Shown here in pieces: positions 1 through 13,590 of a stretch of DNA of 64,000 nt. Origin of the DNA: the human T2T-CHM13v2.0 reference genome, Homo sapiens; assembly GCF_009914755.1 (NCBI RefSeq), contig NC_060927.1; one strand, 5' to 3'. Below the pieces are notes generated by a model. That model was not told the DNA's origin, searched no databases, and saw only the letters and a program-made list of their open reading frames with translations. Within the stretch, counting starts at the first letter, position 1. Each line of letters begins with the position of its first letter. Made by a program: the position numbers and the translations under genes.

Positions 1-3000
1 ATCTGATTGTGGTTTTGATTTGGATTTCTCTAATCAACAATATTGAGATTTTTTTTTCATATTATTGTTGGCTGAATGCATGTCTTCTTTTGAAAAATGT
101 CCGTTCATGTCCTTTGCTCACTTTTGAATGGGGTTATTTGTTTTTTTCTAATAAATGTACTTAAGTTACTTATAGATACTGGATATTAGACCACTGTCAA
201 ATGCAAAGTTTGCAAATATTTTCTCCATTATGTAGGTTGTCCGTTTACTCTGTTGATAGTTTCTTTTGCTGTGCAGAAGCTCTTAAGTTGCATTAGATCC
301 CATTTGTCAATTTTTGCTTTTGTTGTGATTGCTTTTGGTGTCACCATCTTGAAATATTTACCCATTTGTATGTTCAGAGTGGTATTGCCTAGGTTGTTTT
401 CCAGGGTTTTTATAGTATTTTATAGTATTACATTTAAGTCTTTAATCTATTTTGAGTTGATTTTTGTACATGATATAAGGAAGGGATCCAGTTTTAATCT
501 TCTGCATATGGCTAGCTCATTATCACAGCACCATTTATTCAATAGGAAGTCTTTTCCCCATTGCTTTTTTTTTTTGGCAGCTTTGTCAAAGATCACACAG
601 TTGTAGGTGTGCAGCCTTATTCGTGGGCCCTCTATTCTGTTCCATTGGTCTATGTGTCTGTTTTTGTACCAGTACCATGCTGTTTTGGTTACTGTAGCTC
701 AGTAGTATAGTTTGAAGTCAGAAAACGTGATGCCTCCAGCTTTGTTCTATTTGCTTAGGATTGTGTTGGCTATTCAAGTTCTTTTTTTATTCCACATGAA
801 TTTTAAAATAGTTCTTTTCTAGTTCTCTGAAGAATGTCATTGGTAGTTTGATAGGAATAGCATTGAATCTATAAATTGCTTTGGGCAGTATGGCCATTTT
901 AATACTGATTCTTCCTATTCATGAACGTGGAATGTTTTTCCATTTGTTTGTGTCATCTCTGATTTCTTTGAGCAGTGTTTCATAATTTTCATTGTAGAGA
1001 TTTTTCATCTCTCTGGTTAACTGTATTCCTAGGTATTTTATTCTTTTTGTGGCATTTGTGAATAAGATTGCATTTCACATTTGGCTCTCAGCTTGGCTGT
1101 TGCTGATGTATAGAAATGGTAGCAATTTTTCTACGTTCATTTTGTATACTGAAACCACTGAAGTTGTTTATCAGCTCTGGGAGCTTTGCGGCTGCAACTA
1201 TGGGGTTTTCTAGACATAGAATCATGTCATCTGCAAACAGTGATAATTTGACTTCCTTTTTTCCTATTTGAATGGCTTTTATTTATTTCTCTTGCCAAAT
1301 TGCTCTGGCCAAGACTTCCAATACTATATTGAATAGGAGGGGTGAGAGAGGGCATCCTAGTTTTGCTTGTTTTGCTTGTTTTGTGCTGGTTTTCAAGGGG
1401 AATGCTTCCAGCTTTTCCCCATTCAGTGTGATATTGGTTGTGAGTTTGTCATAGATAGCTCTTATTATTTTGAATTATATTCCTTCAAAACCTAGTTTAC
1501 TGAAAGTTTTAAACAGGAAGGGATGTTAAATTTAATTGAATGCCTTTTCTGCATCTATGAGATAATCATGTGGTTTTTGTCTATAGTTCTGTTTATGTGA
1601 TGAATCACAATTATTGATTTGTATGTGTTCAACCAACCTTGCATCACACGGATGAAGGCTACTTGATTGTGGTGGATTGGCTTTTTGATGTACTGCTAGA
1701 TTCAGTTTGCAAGTATTTTGCTGAGGATTTTTGCAATGGTGTTCTTCAAGGATAGTGGCCTGAAGTTTTCTTTTTTTGTTGTGTCTCTGCCAGGTTTTTG
1801 TATCAGGATGATGCTGGCTTTATAAAATGAGTTGGGGAGAACTCCCTCCTCCTCAATTTTTTGGAATAGTTTCAATAGAAATGGTACTAGCTCTTCTTTA
1901 GTTCTGTATATTTTCCTCTTAAAACTGCCTTAGCTGTGTCCCAGAGATTCCAGCTTATTGTGTCTTTGTTCTCATTAGTTTCAAATAACTTCTTGATTTT
2001 TGCTTTATTCACTCAAAGGCCATTCAGAAACATGTTATTTAATTTTCATGTTATTACATGGTTTTGAGTGTTTGTTTGAGTCTTGGCTTCTATTTTTATT
2101 GCACTGTGGTTCGAGAGTATATCTGGTATGATTTCAATTATTTTGCATTAGCTGAGGATTGTTTTATGTCTGATTATGTGGCCTATTTTAGAGTATGTGT
2201 CATGTGACGATGAGATTGTGTGTTGCTTTTGGTTGGAAAGTTCTGTAACAGTCTTTCAGATCTGTTTGGTCCAACCTGGTCTTGGTTGAAGACCAGGTTC
2301 TGAATAGCTTTGTTAATTTTCTGCCTCAATGATCTGTCTAATATTGTCAGTGGTGTGGTGAAGTCTCCCACAATTATTGTGTGGGAGTCTACATTTTTTC
2401 ATAGGTTTCTAAGAATTTGCTTTATGAATCTGGATGCTCATGTGTGTTGGGTGCATATATATTTAGTATAGTTAGGTGTTCTTCTGAATTGAACCATTTG
2501 CCATTATGTAATGTCCTTCCTTTGTCTTTTTGGATCTTTGTTGTTTTTAAGTCTGTTTTGTCTGAAATTAAGATTGCAACCCCTGCTTTTTTCTGTTTTC
2601 CATTTGCTTGGTGTATTTCCCTTCATCCCTTTATTTTGAGTCTATGGGTATTATCTGCATGTGAGATAGGTCTTTTGAAGAGAGCATACCATTTGGTCCT
2701 GTTTTTTTTTTTTTTTTTTTAATCCAGCAGTTCACTCTGTGTCTTTTAAATAGGGTATTTAGCTTTCTTATATTCTGGGACAGTATTGATATGTGAGAAT
2801 TTGATACTGTCATTGTGTTGTTAGCTGGTAATTATGCCAGCTTGTTTGTGTGTTGCTTTATAGTCTCACTGGTTTGTGTACTGAAGTGTGTTTTTGTATT
2901 GGCTGGTAATAATCTTTCTTTTCCAAATTTAGTGCTCCTTTCAAGATTTCTTTTAAGGCAGGTCTGGTGGTAACAAACTCCCTCAGCATTTGCTTCTCTG

Positions 3001-3883
3001 AAAAGGATTTTATTTCTCCTTTGCTTAGGAAGCTTAGTTTGGCTGAATATGAAATTCTTGGTTGAAGATTTTTTTTAAAAGAATGTTGAATATAGGCTCC
3101 AGTCTCTTCTGGCTTGTAGGGTTTCAGCTGAGAGGTCCGCTGTTCGCCTGATGGGGTTCTCTTTGTAGATGACCTGCCCTTTCTCTCTAGCTGCATTTAA
3201 CATTCTTTCTTTCATTTCTCCCTTAGAAAATCTGATAATTATGTGTTTTGAGGATGATCTTCTTAGACAGAATCTTGCAGGGGTTCTTTGTATTTCCTGA
3301 ATTTGACTGTTGGCCTCTCTGGGAAGGTTGGGGAATCTTTATGGACAATATCCTGAAATATGTTTTCCAAGTTGTTTGCTTTCTCCCTGTCCCTTTCCAG
3401 GATATACTGATTAATAGATTTGGGCTCTTTATATAATCACATATTTTTTGGAGGTTTTGTTTATTTTTTCTTATTATTTTTTCTTTATTTTTGTCTGACT
3501 GTCTTATTTCAGAGATCAGTCTTCAAGTTTTGAAATTCTTTTCTCAGCTTGGTCTATTCTGCTATTAATGCTTGTGATTGCATTGTGGAATTCTTTAAGT
3601 GTGTTTTTCAGCTCTATCAGATTAGTTAGGTTCTTTTTTATACTGGCTATTTTGTCTATCAGTTCCTATATTGTTGGGGAGGTTCCCCTAGATCTGTGTC
3701 ACTCCCAGGTCATTCTGCCTTGCTTTTCTCCATTCTCCATGGGTCAAGTTGTTTCCTCAATGAGTCTCAATGCAGGTACCTGGATGTTTCAGTTGAAGGT
3801 GCTATATTTACTTGCCCCTTTCATTTCTCTCCAAAACAGTGGTCTACACTAGCTACTTCTAGTCAGCCATCTTGGCCACCCTC
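1..3883 (-). mobile_element. LINE-1, L1PB-type; 5' end present, internal deletions, 3' end runs off the window
   Basis: ORF2 remnants including the endonuclease motif (2183-2371 MGDFTTPLTILDRS; 2631-2813 N-terminus), ORF1 C-terminal remnant (2858-3196 QPRISYSAKLSF...LREFVTTRPALKE), and a minus-strand 5' terminus GAGGGTGGCCAAGATGGCTGACTAGAAG. Frames are broken. Confidence 0.9.
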
Positions 3884-3933
3884 ATTATTTTACTTTCAAT
3901 CTATATATGTCTTCGCATTTAAAGTGTGTTTCT

Positions 3934-4252
<319 letters not shown>

Positions 4253-4937
4253 TTAAAGTGTGTTTCTTATAGACAACATTTGGTTAGATTTTTGTTTTTA
4301 ATCCCATGTGACAGTTTCTCACTTTTAATTAAAATGTTTAGACTATTACAGTTAATATAACTGAATAAAATTATTGACATTTTTGGGTTCAAATCTTACA
4401 TGCTGTTATTTTTCCTCTATCTATCTACTCCTCTTTTCTTTTTCATTTTTTTCTACATTCTTTTATTATTCTGCTTACCTACACTATTGGTTTAGTAAGT
4501 AAACACCATTGTTTAATTTTTAACAGTTTTTCTAAGGTTCACCTATAAATCTTTAAGCTATAACAGTCTAAATTCATATAGTATAATTCCAGCATATGTA
4601 TAGTATAAAATCTTATAAAAGTATACTTTTAATCTTCTATCTTTTTTGTGAACTTTAGTAAACATTTTACTTCTACAACATCTAAAAACCTAACAGTATT
4701 TTATGATATTTATAATTTTTGCTTTAAATAGTCAAATATATTTTTAAATGTTTTTCAAATATGAAGGTGTAATAAAGACTTCTTCAGGCAAACATGTTGA
4801 GAGATTTATCACCAGCAAACTATTATTATAAGAAATCTTAAATAAAGTTATTTAAGGAGAATACCAACAAAAATTTAGATCTACACAAAGAAATGAAGAG
4901 TATATATATGTCTTAAAATATATTTGACTGTTTAAAG

Positions 4938-5463
4938 AAAATGTGTTGTATATACATATTAGAACACTATTGAGCCATAAAAAGAAACAAAATTATATCA
5001 TGTGCTGTAACATGGATGAGCTTGAAGGACTTTATGTTAAGTGAAACAGCCAGACATAGAAAGATAAATACTGCATGTTCTGACCCGTATATGAAAGATA
5101 AAAAAGTTGATTTCATAGAAGTAGAAAGTAGAATAGTGAGTACTAGAGGTGGGGAAGGGTAGGGAGGAGGGGAGATAGCCATAGCATGGTTAACAGATAC
5201 AAAAGTATAGCTAGATAGGAGAAATAAGTTGTAGCATTCTGTAGCACTATAGGATGACTATAATTGACAACAATTTATTGTATATTTTTAAATAGCTAGA
5301 AGTGCAAATTTTGAATGTTCCCAACACAAATTATTACACATTGTATACATGTATTATTGATTATTGATTATTACACATTGTATACATGTATCAAAATATC
5401 ACACTGTATTCCATCAATATGTATAATTATTATGTATCAATCAATAATAATAAAAGCAAAAAG
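4938..5463 (+). mobile_element. L1MA-type 3' end fragment
   Basis: ORF2 terminus and 3'UTR motifs (ACATGGATGAGCTTGAAGGAC...GTTCCCAACACAAA), ending in an AATAATAAAAGCAAAAA tail. Confidence 0.85.
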
Positions 5464-6665
5464 CTTAAATATATATATTTCCACATTTTAACTATTTGTT
5501 ACACTGTTCATTTCCTTGTGTAGATCCAAATTTTTATCTGGTATTCTCCTTAAAAAACTTTAAGATTTCTTGTAACAACTGCTGCTGGTGATAAGTTCTT
5601 TCAACATATGTTTGCCTAAAAGAGTCTTCACGCTACCTTCAAAATTGAAAAAAAGTATTTTCACTTAATAAAGCATTTCTTGTTTTTTTTTAAATTTTTC
5701 CACTTATGCAGATGTTTTTGCATTGTATTTTGACTTACACAGCATTTGATGAGAAGTCTGTTTTCATTCTTGTTGTTTTTCTTCTATTTTTAATGTATCT
5801 TTTTCTATGTCTGCTTTTCAGAGTTTCTCTTTATTGCTAGATTTCAGCAGTTTGATTACAATTTACCTTGATTTGGTTTTCTTTAAGTTTCCTCTAAGTG
5901 AGAGGTTTATTGAGCTTTCTAACTCCATGGATATGCAGTTTTCATCCAATTTGAAAAAAAAAAATTGTGAATATTCCTTCAGGTGTTATTTCTGTTGTCT
6001 CATATTTCTCTTTTTTTTCTGAAATTCTAGTTACACACAAGTTATCTCATTTTATATTGTACCACTGATTACTGGTATTTTTTTTTGTATTTCAATCTTT
6101 TTCTTCCTTCTTCATTTTGGTTAATTTTTATTGCTATTTTTACAACGTCATTAATCACTGATCATTTGTTCTGTAATGTCTTTTCTCTTAACTTCATCCA
6201 CCGTATTTTTCATTTCACAAATTACATTTTCTCACCTCTAAAATTTTTATTTGCACATTTTATACCTTAATTTTCTCTCTTTATTATAGTAATATTTTCT
6301 ACTTTCTCAAATATATAGAATATCTTTATAATATCTGCTTTAACAGCTTTGTCTGCTATTCCCACTGTACCTCATTCTTAGTTCTATCATTGATTTTTAT
6401 CCTAATTAATAGCTATCAATTCCTGTTTCTTTGTGCGCCTGATAATGTTTTATTAGATGCCAGATATTGTGAATTTTCTTATTCTTTCTGTTTTGTTGTA
6501 TCCCTTTAAAGAGCATTGGTTTTTGTTCCAATAAATTTTTGGAAAATAGCTAGATCTTTTTGAATTTGTTGAATTATTTAAAGCTTTGCTCTTAAGCTTT
6601 GGTAGGACAGGTTCAGAGCAGCTTTAATCTAAGGTTAAAATAATCCCACTTACTAAGGCAATACT

Positions 6666-6972
<307 letters not shown>

Positions 6973-7176
6973 AGGTAATACTCTTCTACATTTTCTATAT
7001 GATGCCCTCATGAGTTACAATTATTCCTAGCCCTGTGCGAGCTAGTGGAATTGTTAGACCTACTCCTTTGTACTACTCCCCTCTGGGGGTTCTTTTTCGA
7101 GTCTTGGGTAATCTTTTCTCCCATTGCAGATATCCATATTTACCTAAATACCCCAGCGGTCCATCTTCAGATTTTC

Positions 7177-7178
<2 letters not shown>

Positions 7179-7218
<40 letters not shown>
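7179..7218. repeat. (CT)20 microsatellite
   Basis: Seen directly. Confidence 0.98.
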
Positions 7219-7221
<3 letters not shown>

Positions 7222-8125
7222 CCCACTATTTTTCTTTCTCTCCAGCTCCCTAGTCTCCAGTACTTCACCCTACAAGTTCTGGCCAACTTGGCCTTGCCAA
7301 ACTCCAAAATCTGTTTCCTCAATTGAGTGATATTTCCAGACTTTGTTTGGGTACATCTCACTCTGCTGTGCCTTAAAAATTGCCTTTCAGGTAGTAAGTT
7401 GGTACAACCATAGGCTCACGTTGTTGCTTTGTCTTTTCTTAGGGATTATAGTCCTGCATTACATACGGTCTGATGCCTGAAATTATTATTTTCCATATAT
7501 TGTCTAGTAAGGTAAATCTGAAGTCTTACTATACTCCTTTTGCATAACTCCGCTCTGCCATTATGCTATGTAATTTTCATTAACATGCTTTCTTTTTCCT
7601 CCTCTTCTCTCTCTCATTAAATGGCTCAATATTTTTTTCAGCTCTTTTGAAAATTCAAAGTCCATTTTATTTAATCTACTTTATTTTCCTTTAGGTAGTT
7701 ATCCTTAATTAATTATAATCAATATTTTGGGTTATTTTTACCCATCATTTTGTTAAATTTACCAATATCTATATTTTGCCTCAAACTAGATACTCTGGCA
7801 AGTTATCTTTTTCCTCTTGTTTTTCACCGACCTGCCCCTGTTGCCTAACATTATATTTTTATCTAAAACTTCATATCTGGATTGTTATCACTGTACAATT
7901 TGGATTTGTTTATTTAGATAATAGTTGACATAATTATGATATTTTATTACCCACTTTAGAGCATCCTCCTATTTTTATTTACATCTTTCTGGTATACCTC
8001 CTCCAACAACACTTTCAGAGAGGGTCATTGTGTGATAAAGTCGTTGAAGCCTTTTATGAGTGAAAACATTACTCTTCTTTTGCTTTTTTGGATCTAAAGT
8101 TATCTTTAAATTTGCCCTGAACATA

Positions 8126-9483
8126 TGAGGGGGCTCAAAAAGTTCACAGAAAAATGTGTATTGTGAAAAAACTATGCATGGATTTCAAAATATTTCTGGC
8201 ACCAAAATAAGCTTACACTAACTTGTTATAACATGTCTGAACCGGATCTAGTTTGAAGCATTAAGAAAGATAAGACATCAGTTTGAAAAGAGCCCCCACT
8301 GTAGCAACATGAATTCAGCTGAAATTGAAGCAGGAACTTCAATTGTGGTGAAGCTTGGGTGAAAGAATGGTAAAATAATTGATGCTTTACAAAAAGTTTA
8401 TGGGGACAATGACCCAAATAAATCAACAATTTACAGATGAATAACTCATTTTAAGAAGAACAAGATGATGTTGAAATGAAGCCCACAATAGCAGACCATC
8501 CACATCAATTTGTGAGAAAAAAATTAATGTTGTTTGTACTCTTGCGCTGATTGAAGAGAACTGACAATTAACCGGAGAAAAATAGTCAACACCATAGATA
8601 TCTCAATTAGTTCAACTTACACAGTTCTGACTAAAAAATTAAAGTTGAACACATTTTCCCCTCAATGGGTGCTAAAACTGTTGTGCTCATATCAAGACAG
8701 AGAACAAGCTCTGTCTTGTGCAGACAAGAGCAGAGCTTTCAATGGAAATTTTTAAAAAGTGGGATGAAGATCCTGAAGCATGTCTCTGAAGAAGATCCTG
8801 AAGCATGTCTCTGAAGAACTATAATAGGAGATGAAACATGACTTTACCAGTACAACCTTGAAGACAAAGCACAATCAAAGCAATGGCTACCAAGATGTAA
8901 AAGTGGTCCAGTCAAAGCAGAAGCAGACAGGTCAAGAGCAGAAGTTATGGTAACAGCTGAAGTGCCAAAGAATAATAACATCTGCTTATTATGGGAGTGT
9001 TTTGAAAAAGTTAGCAAAAACTTTAGCAGAATTAGCAAAAGCTTTAGCAGAATTAGCAAAAGCTTTAGCAGAAAAATACCCATGAAAGCTCCAACAGAGT
9101 CTCTTGCCACCACAACAAAGCTCCTGCTCATTCCTCTCATCAAACAAGAGCAATTTTGCTAGAGTTTCAATGGGAAACATTAAGCGTTCACCTTACAGTT
9201 CTGATTTGACTCTTTCTGATTTCCTTTAGTTTCCTAATCTTAAAAAAAAAAAAAAACAGTAAAGATCACTCATTTTTCTTTAGTTAGTAATGTAAAAAAA
9301 AAAAATGCATTATATGGTTGAATTCTGAGGACCCCTCAATTCTTTAGGCGTGGGCTAAATGGCTGGGATCATTACTTACAAAAGTTTCTTGATCTCAGTG
9401 GAGCTTATGTTGGGAAATCACGGTGATATTTTTAATTTTCAACTTTTAATTCCATTTTTCCATGAACTTTGTAAAGCCCTTCA
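8126..9483 (+). mobile_element. Full-length HSMAR2 mariner DNA transposon
   Basis: Imperfect terminal inverted repeats TGAGGGGGCTCAAAAAGTTCACAGAAAAATG and CATTTTTCCATGAACTTTGTAAAGCCCTTCA; TA duplications at 8124-8125 and 9484-9485; internal transposase remnant. Confidence 0.93.
8309..9420 (+). pseudogene. Inactivated HSMAR2 transposase
   Basis: Starts MNSAEIEA. Degenerate mariner motifs: WVLKL (WVPxL), GDET followed by a stop, HHNKAPAH (HDNAPAH, second Asp lost), PYSSDLTLSD (YSPDLAPSD). Frameshifts, stops and an internal deletion are present. Confidence 0.9.
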
Positions 9484-9566
9484 TATTATTCCATACTCTT
9501 ATTTATCTAGCACAGTTGCCAGTTAGTTTCTTGTCCAGTGGTCAGTGTTGTACTGTTACTTTACTA

Positions 9567-9942
<376 letters not shown>

Positions 9943-10699
9943 TTAGTGAGAATGACACAGCTTTGGTCTCATTAAATATTACAGACCATGCCTGTGTGGA
10001 AATTCTCCTATTATCCTCACGCTATTTGTGGAGATTGGTGGACATTTTATATAGTGTTTTTCTATATACAGTTCTGCTATTCTGCCTAAGGGCTTTATTA
10101 TAACTTTTCTTAATGAAAATAAATTCCATCTGTAATATGAAAGTTCATTGACTAATGCTTGTTTCTGTTTTAATTTGGGAATTTTTTAATGTATAATTTG
10201 GTAGGAATGTAGGAAAGGCCAAATCAGGCACTGCTAGAATTTTACCATAAAAATCTGGAAACCTTAACATTTCTGTGCCTCATACATGTGATTCACTCCC
10301 TTCTATAGTTCCTTTTGAGTCCTGTACTGGACAACTGTTGTTTTGTTTTACTTTCCCATCTTTCTTCCATTCTTTTTCTTGGGAACTACTGCCTCTCCAT
10401 TCCCTGTGTAGCGGTAGTCATCAATGTGCTTCCTTTTGCCAGTAGCTCATCCTACCTCAGGTAGGGGGTGAACACTATCTTTTGTAAAGTGTAGACAATG
10501 AGATTCTGTCCTGGGAATTTGCATCTTTAACAAACTGATAAAATAATGGAAAATGTTGAAGAATTTTAGAGGGTCCCTATTCCTGTCCTTTCCAAGGCAT
10601 GTTTGTAAAATCTTTAATCTATGAGTGACTTGCCATCCTTCCAATAAATTTCTTTTTTTTTCTTATGTAAGCCAAAATGTATTATTTTCTTGGAAAGAA

Positions 10700-13050
10700 A
10701 GAATTTAACTGATAATGAGATTTGTGTCAAAGAGTTGGCTGCAGGAAACAGATCCTCTGAGACACTGCAATGTTTGGAATTAGTTTTTGAATAGAGATAA
10801 AATGAAAGACATTACGACTTTTCTCATTTTTATGGAAGTAAATTAGCATCCCATGGCACACAATTCAGAAACAGCTAATTATGGTCTGTCAACAACTGAA
10901 ATCATGTAGGTAGCTCTAGGATACCAGGTAGATGTTGCCATAACAAAATTTAATGGGAGATAAATTGTAAGAAAAAAATCACAGTGTAAGATATTTGTTT
11001 CGGATAAGAATAGATAATTCAAAGCGAGAGAATGACAAGAAACAAGGTCAAAAGTCTTGCCTTAAGGCAAAGAATGACACTCAGTTGTGAAAGTATTACA
11101 TACTCCTTGTATGTTCAGATCTGTGAGTTTATAAACACTAAAGGCAAATTCAGTGATTAATGTCAAGTTGCTGAGTTCTAAAAGTAGGATTCACAACCTC
11201 TTAAGCTTCTTATGTGAAAGTTATGTTATTGATCAAGAATACATTGAACCCTAACAGTTGAAATGAAAATATTTGAGTATTCCAGTGAGTCACTGCAATA
11301 CTCTGAAAAAGTTCAGCTGCATTTTCCAAGTCTGATGATTAAGTTTTGCTTTTAAGAGAAAGTTAAAATGGTTCTCTTTCATTGTTTCTTACCCTGTAAC
11401 TAAATCCTGGCTTCATTGTACCCTGAGAAAATATTTAGAATCAGAGTGTTTAAGAAAAAGAGAGACAGAGAAGGGACATAGGGAGGGAAAAATAGAGGAA
11501 CTTCTTGTTTACAATCTAAGTGCTGTGGTTTTGATAATTGTACTACAGTTATATAGGATATTAACCTTAGATGAAGCTGGTGAATGATAAATGGGAAGTC
11601 TCTGTTAGTAAATATGTATCAGTTTGCTAGGGTTGCTATAACAAAATACCACAAACCAAGTGACTTAAACAACAGAAAGTTATTTTTCACAGCTCTACAG
11701 GCTGGAATTCCAAGATCAACATGGCAGACTTGGTTTCTCCTGTGGCTTCTCTCCTTGGCTTGGCAATGCCTGCCTTTTTATGTGTGCTTACCTGGTCTCT
11801 CTGTGCATCCATGGTGTCTGTGTATTCAAATTTCCTACAAGGACACCAGTTAGATTGCATTAGAGCCCACTCCAGTGGCCTCATTTTAACTTAATCACCT
11901 CATTGAAGGCCCTATCTCCAAACAAAGTCACATTTTGAAGTACTGAGAGATAGGGCTTCAACATACAAATTTTGCTGTACACAATTCAGCCCATAACATA
12001 GTCAAAAGTTATTTCAAAGAAGAAGTTTTTAAAAATCTGGGTATTATTTATGAGATTGGATATTAAGATAATTGCACCAATAAAACAAATTCCATATGAC
12101 TAGATTCATTGATGTGGGTAAACTGGCCAAAGTCTCCCTTCAAGGATCCAACAGGGGCCACACACTAATGTAATTGCTTGCTGAGTTGAATATTGCCAAC
12201 CTGCATTAGCCTAACTAAATGGCATTTAAGAGCCAGAAATGTTTCTTGTCATAATCTATAGGAAAGCATTGAAAATATTCTGGAATTTAAACAACCAAAA
12301 GTGGTTGTTTAATCTTTATTCATCTATGATGAGCTGCAGCTGAACCCAGGAAACTTTACCTACAGCTTTGGCTAAAGAATTAATTACGGGGTAAAAATAC
12401 CAAAATATTTTCAAAACGCTCTAGGGCCTGTTCTTTAAATGGTCTAAATTCTGGGGGAAAGAGTTGCTGTTGAGTGGGCTTTCCACTGTCTGGAACCTGG
12501 CAGAAATACAGGTTTTTGACCTAGGAATAGCCTAAGTCAAAACAGCTGCACATACTGAGAAGGCATTGTTTTCAGAACATGGAGTCAGGAAGGGAAGTGT
12601 TTTAATTGTAGGCTTGTTCTCATCAACTTTTTTCATGTGTGCTTTGTTCACAAGTTTAGAAAAATGTTGTCATGTAGAAATTATTGAATAAAGGTATAAA
12701 CTATAATAATATCTGAGTTTTAAGGAGGGCTTACTACATGCCAAAACTTTTTTTTAAAGATCTCTTATGTGTTAACTCATGGAATCATCAAAACTTCTCT
12801 ATTAATATTGGGCCTTTATTTTCTCCACAGTGCACATAGGGAACAATTATTTTCCCATTATTTCCTAGGTGATTACTGGTACAACTAAGACTTGACCCCA
12901 AGTTCAAGATAGGCTCAAAAGCCCATGTTCCTTAAAACTATTTATATTATTCTTAGCATTTCCAGAAAGAACCTGTGGACTTTTATCCACATAACTATAT
13001 TCTCATCTGGAAGATTAGATGGCTAAAGTGAGAATCTGTAAAAATTTCCT
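10700..13050 (+). mobile_element. Very old ERVL/MaLR-like internal remnant, interrupted by MLT1
   Basis: Short stretches resemble recalled ERVL gag/pro sequence near 11210-11280, 12080-12140 and 12960-13000. Highly diverged. Confidence 0.35.
11615..11998 (-). mobile_element. MLT1A/B/C-type MaLR solo LTR
   Basis: TGTATCAGTTTGCTAGGGTTGCTATAACAAAATACCAC...CACAATTCAGCCCATAACA, the reverse complement of MLT1 termini. Confidence 0.88.
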
Positions 13051-13572
13051 ACTAAACTAGCTGGAAAGTTAGGGATCTGGAAAGAGTAATATTGATTGTG
13101 TGAAAGGAAAATAAAACTTGGAGCCCCCAAATCACTAAGCTAAATGGAGAAGTCAAGCTGGGAACTGCTTAGAGCCAACCTGCTTCTCATTCTATTCAAA
13201 GTCACCCCTCTGCTCACTGAGATAAATGCGTATCTGATTGTGTTCTTTGGAGAGGCCGATCAGAAACCCAAAAGAATGTAACAATTTGTCTCTTCTCTAC
13301 CTATGACCTAGAAGCCCCCTCCTTGCTTTGAGTCTTCCCACCTTTGCTTTGAGTTGTCCTGCCTTTCCAGACTGAACCAGTGTTCATCTTACATATGCTG
13401 ATTGATGTCTCATGTCTCCTGAAAATGTATAAAATCAAAGTATGCTCTGACTACCTTGGGCACATGTCATCAGGGCCTCCTGAGGCTGTGTCATGGGCGT
13501 GCATTCTCAACCTTGGCAAAATAAACTTTATAAATTAACTAGACCTGTCTCAGACATTCAGTGTTCACATTT

Positions 13573-13590
13573 TGGTAACCGTGAAGGGAT
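13573..13590 (+). other. Primer binding site, tRNA-Arg-like
   Basis: TGGTAACCGTGAAGGGAT, 3 nt after the LTR; resembles recalled TGGCGACCACGAAGGGAC with transitions. Confidence 0.6.

Noticed and set aside
8844-9180. Periodic Leu-rich or heptad ORFs (LLLILLK, FSRISKS)
   Set aside because: Artefact of the 21-bp triplication in the dead HSMAR2.
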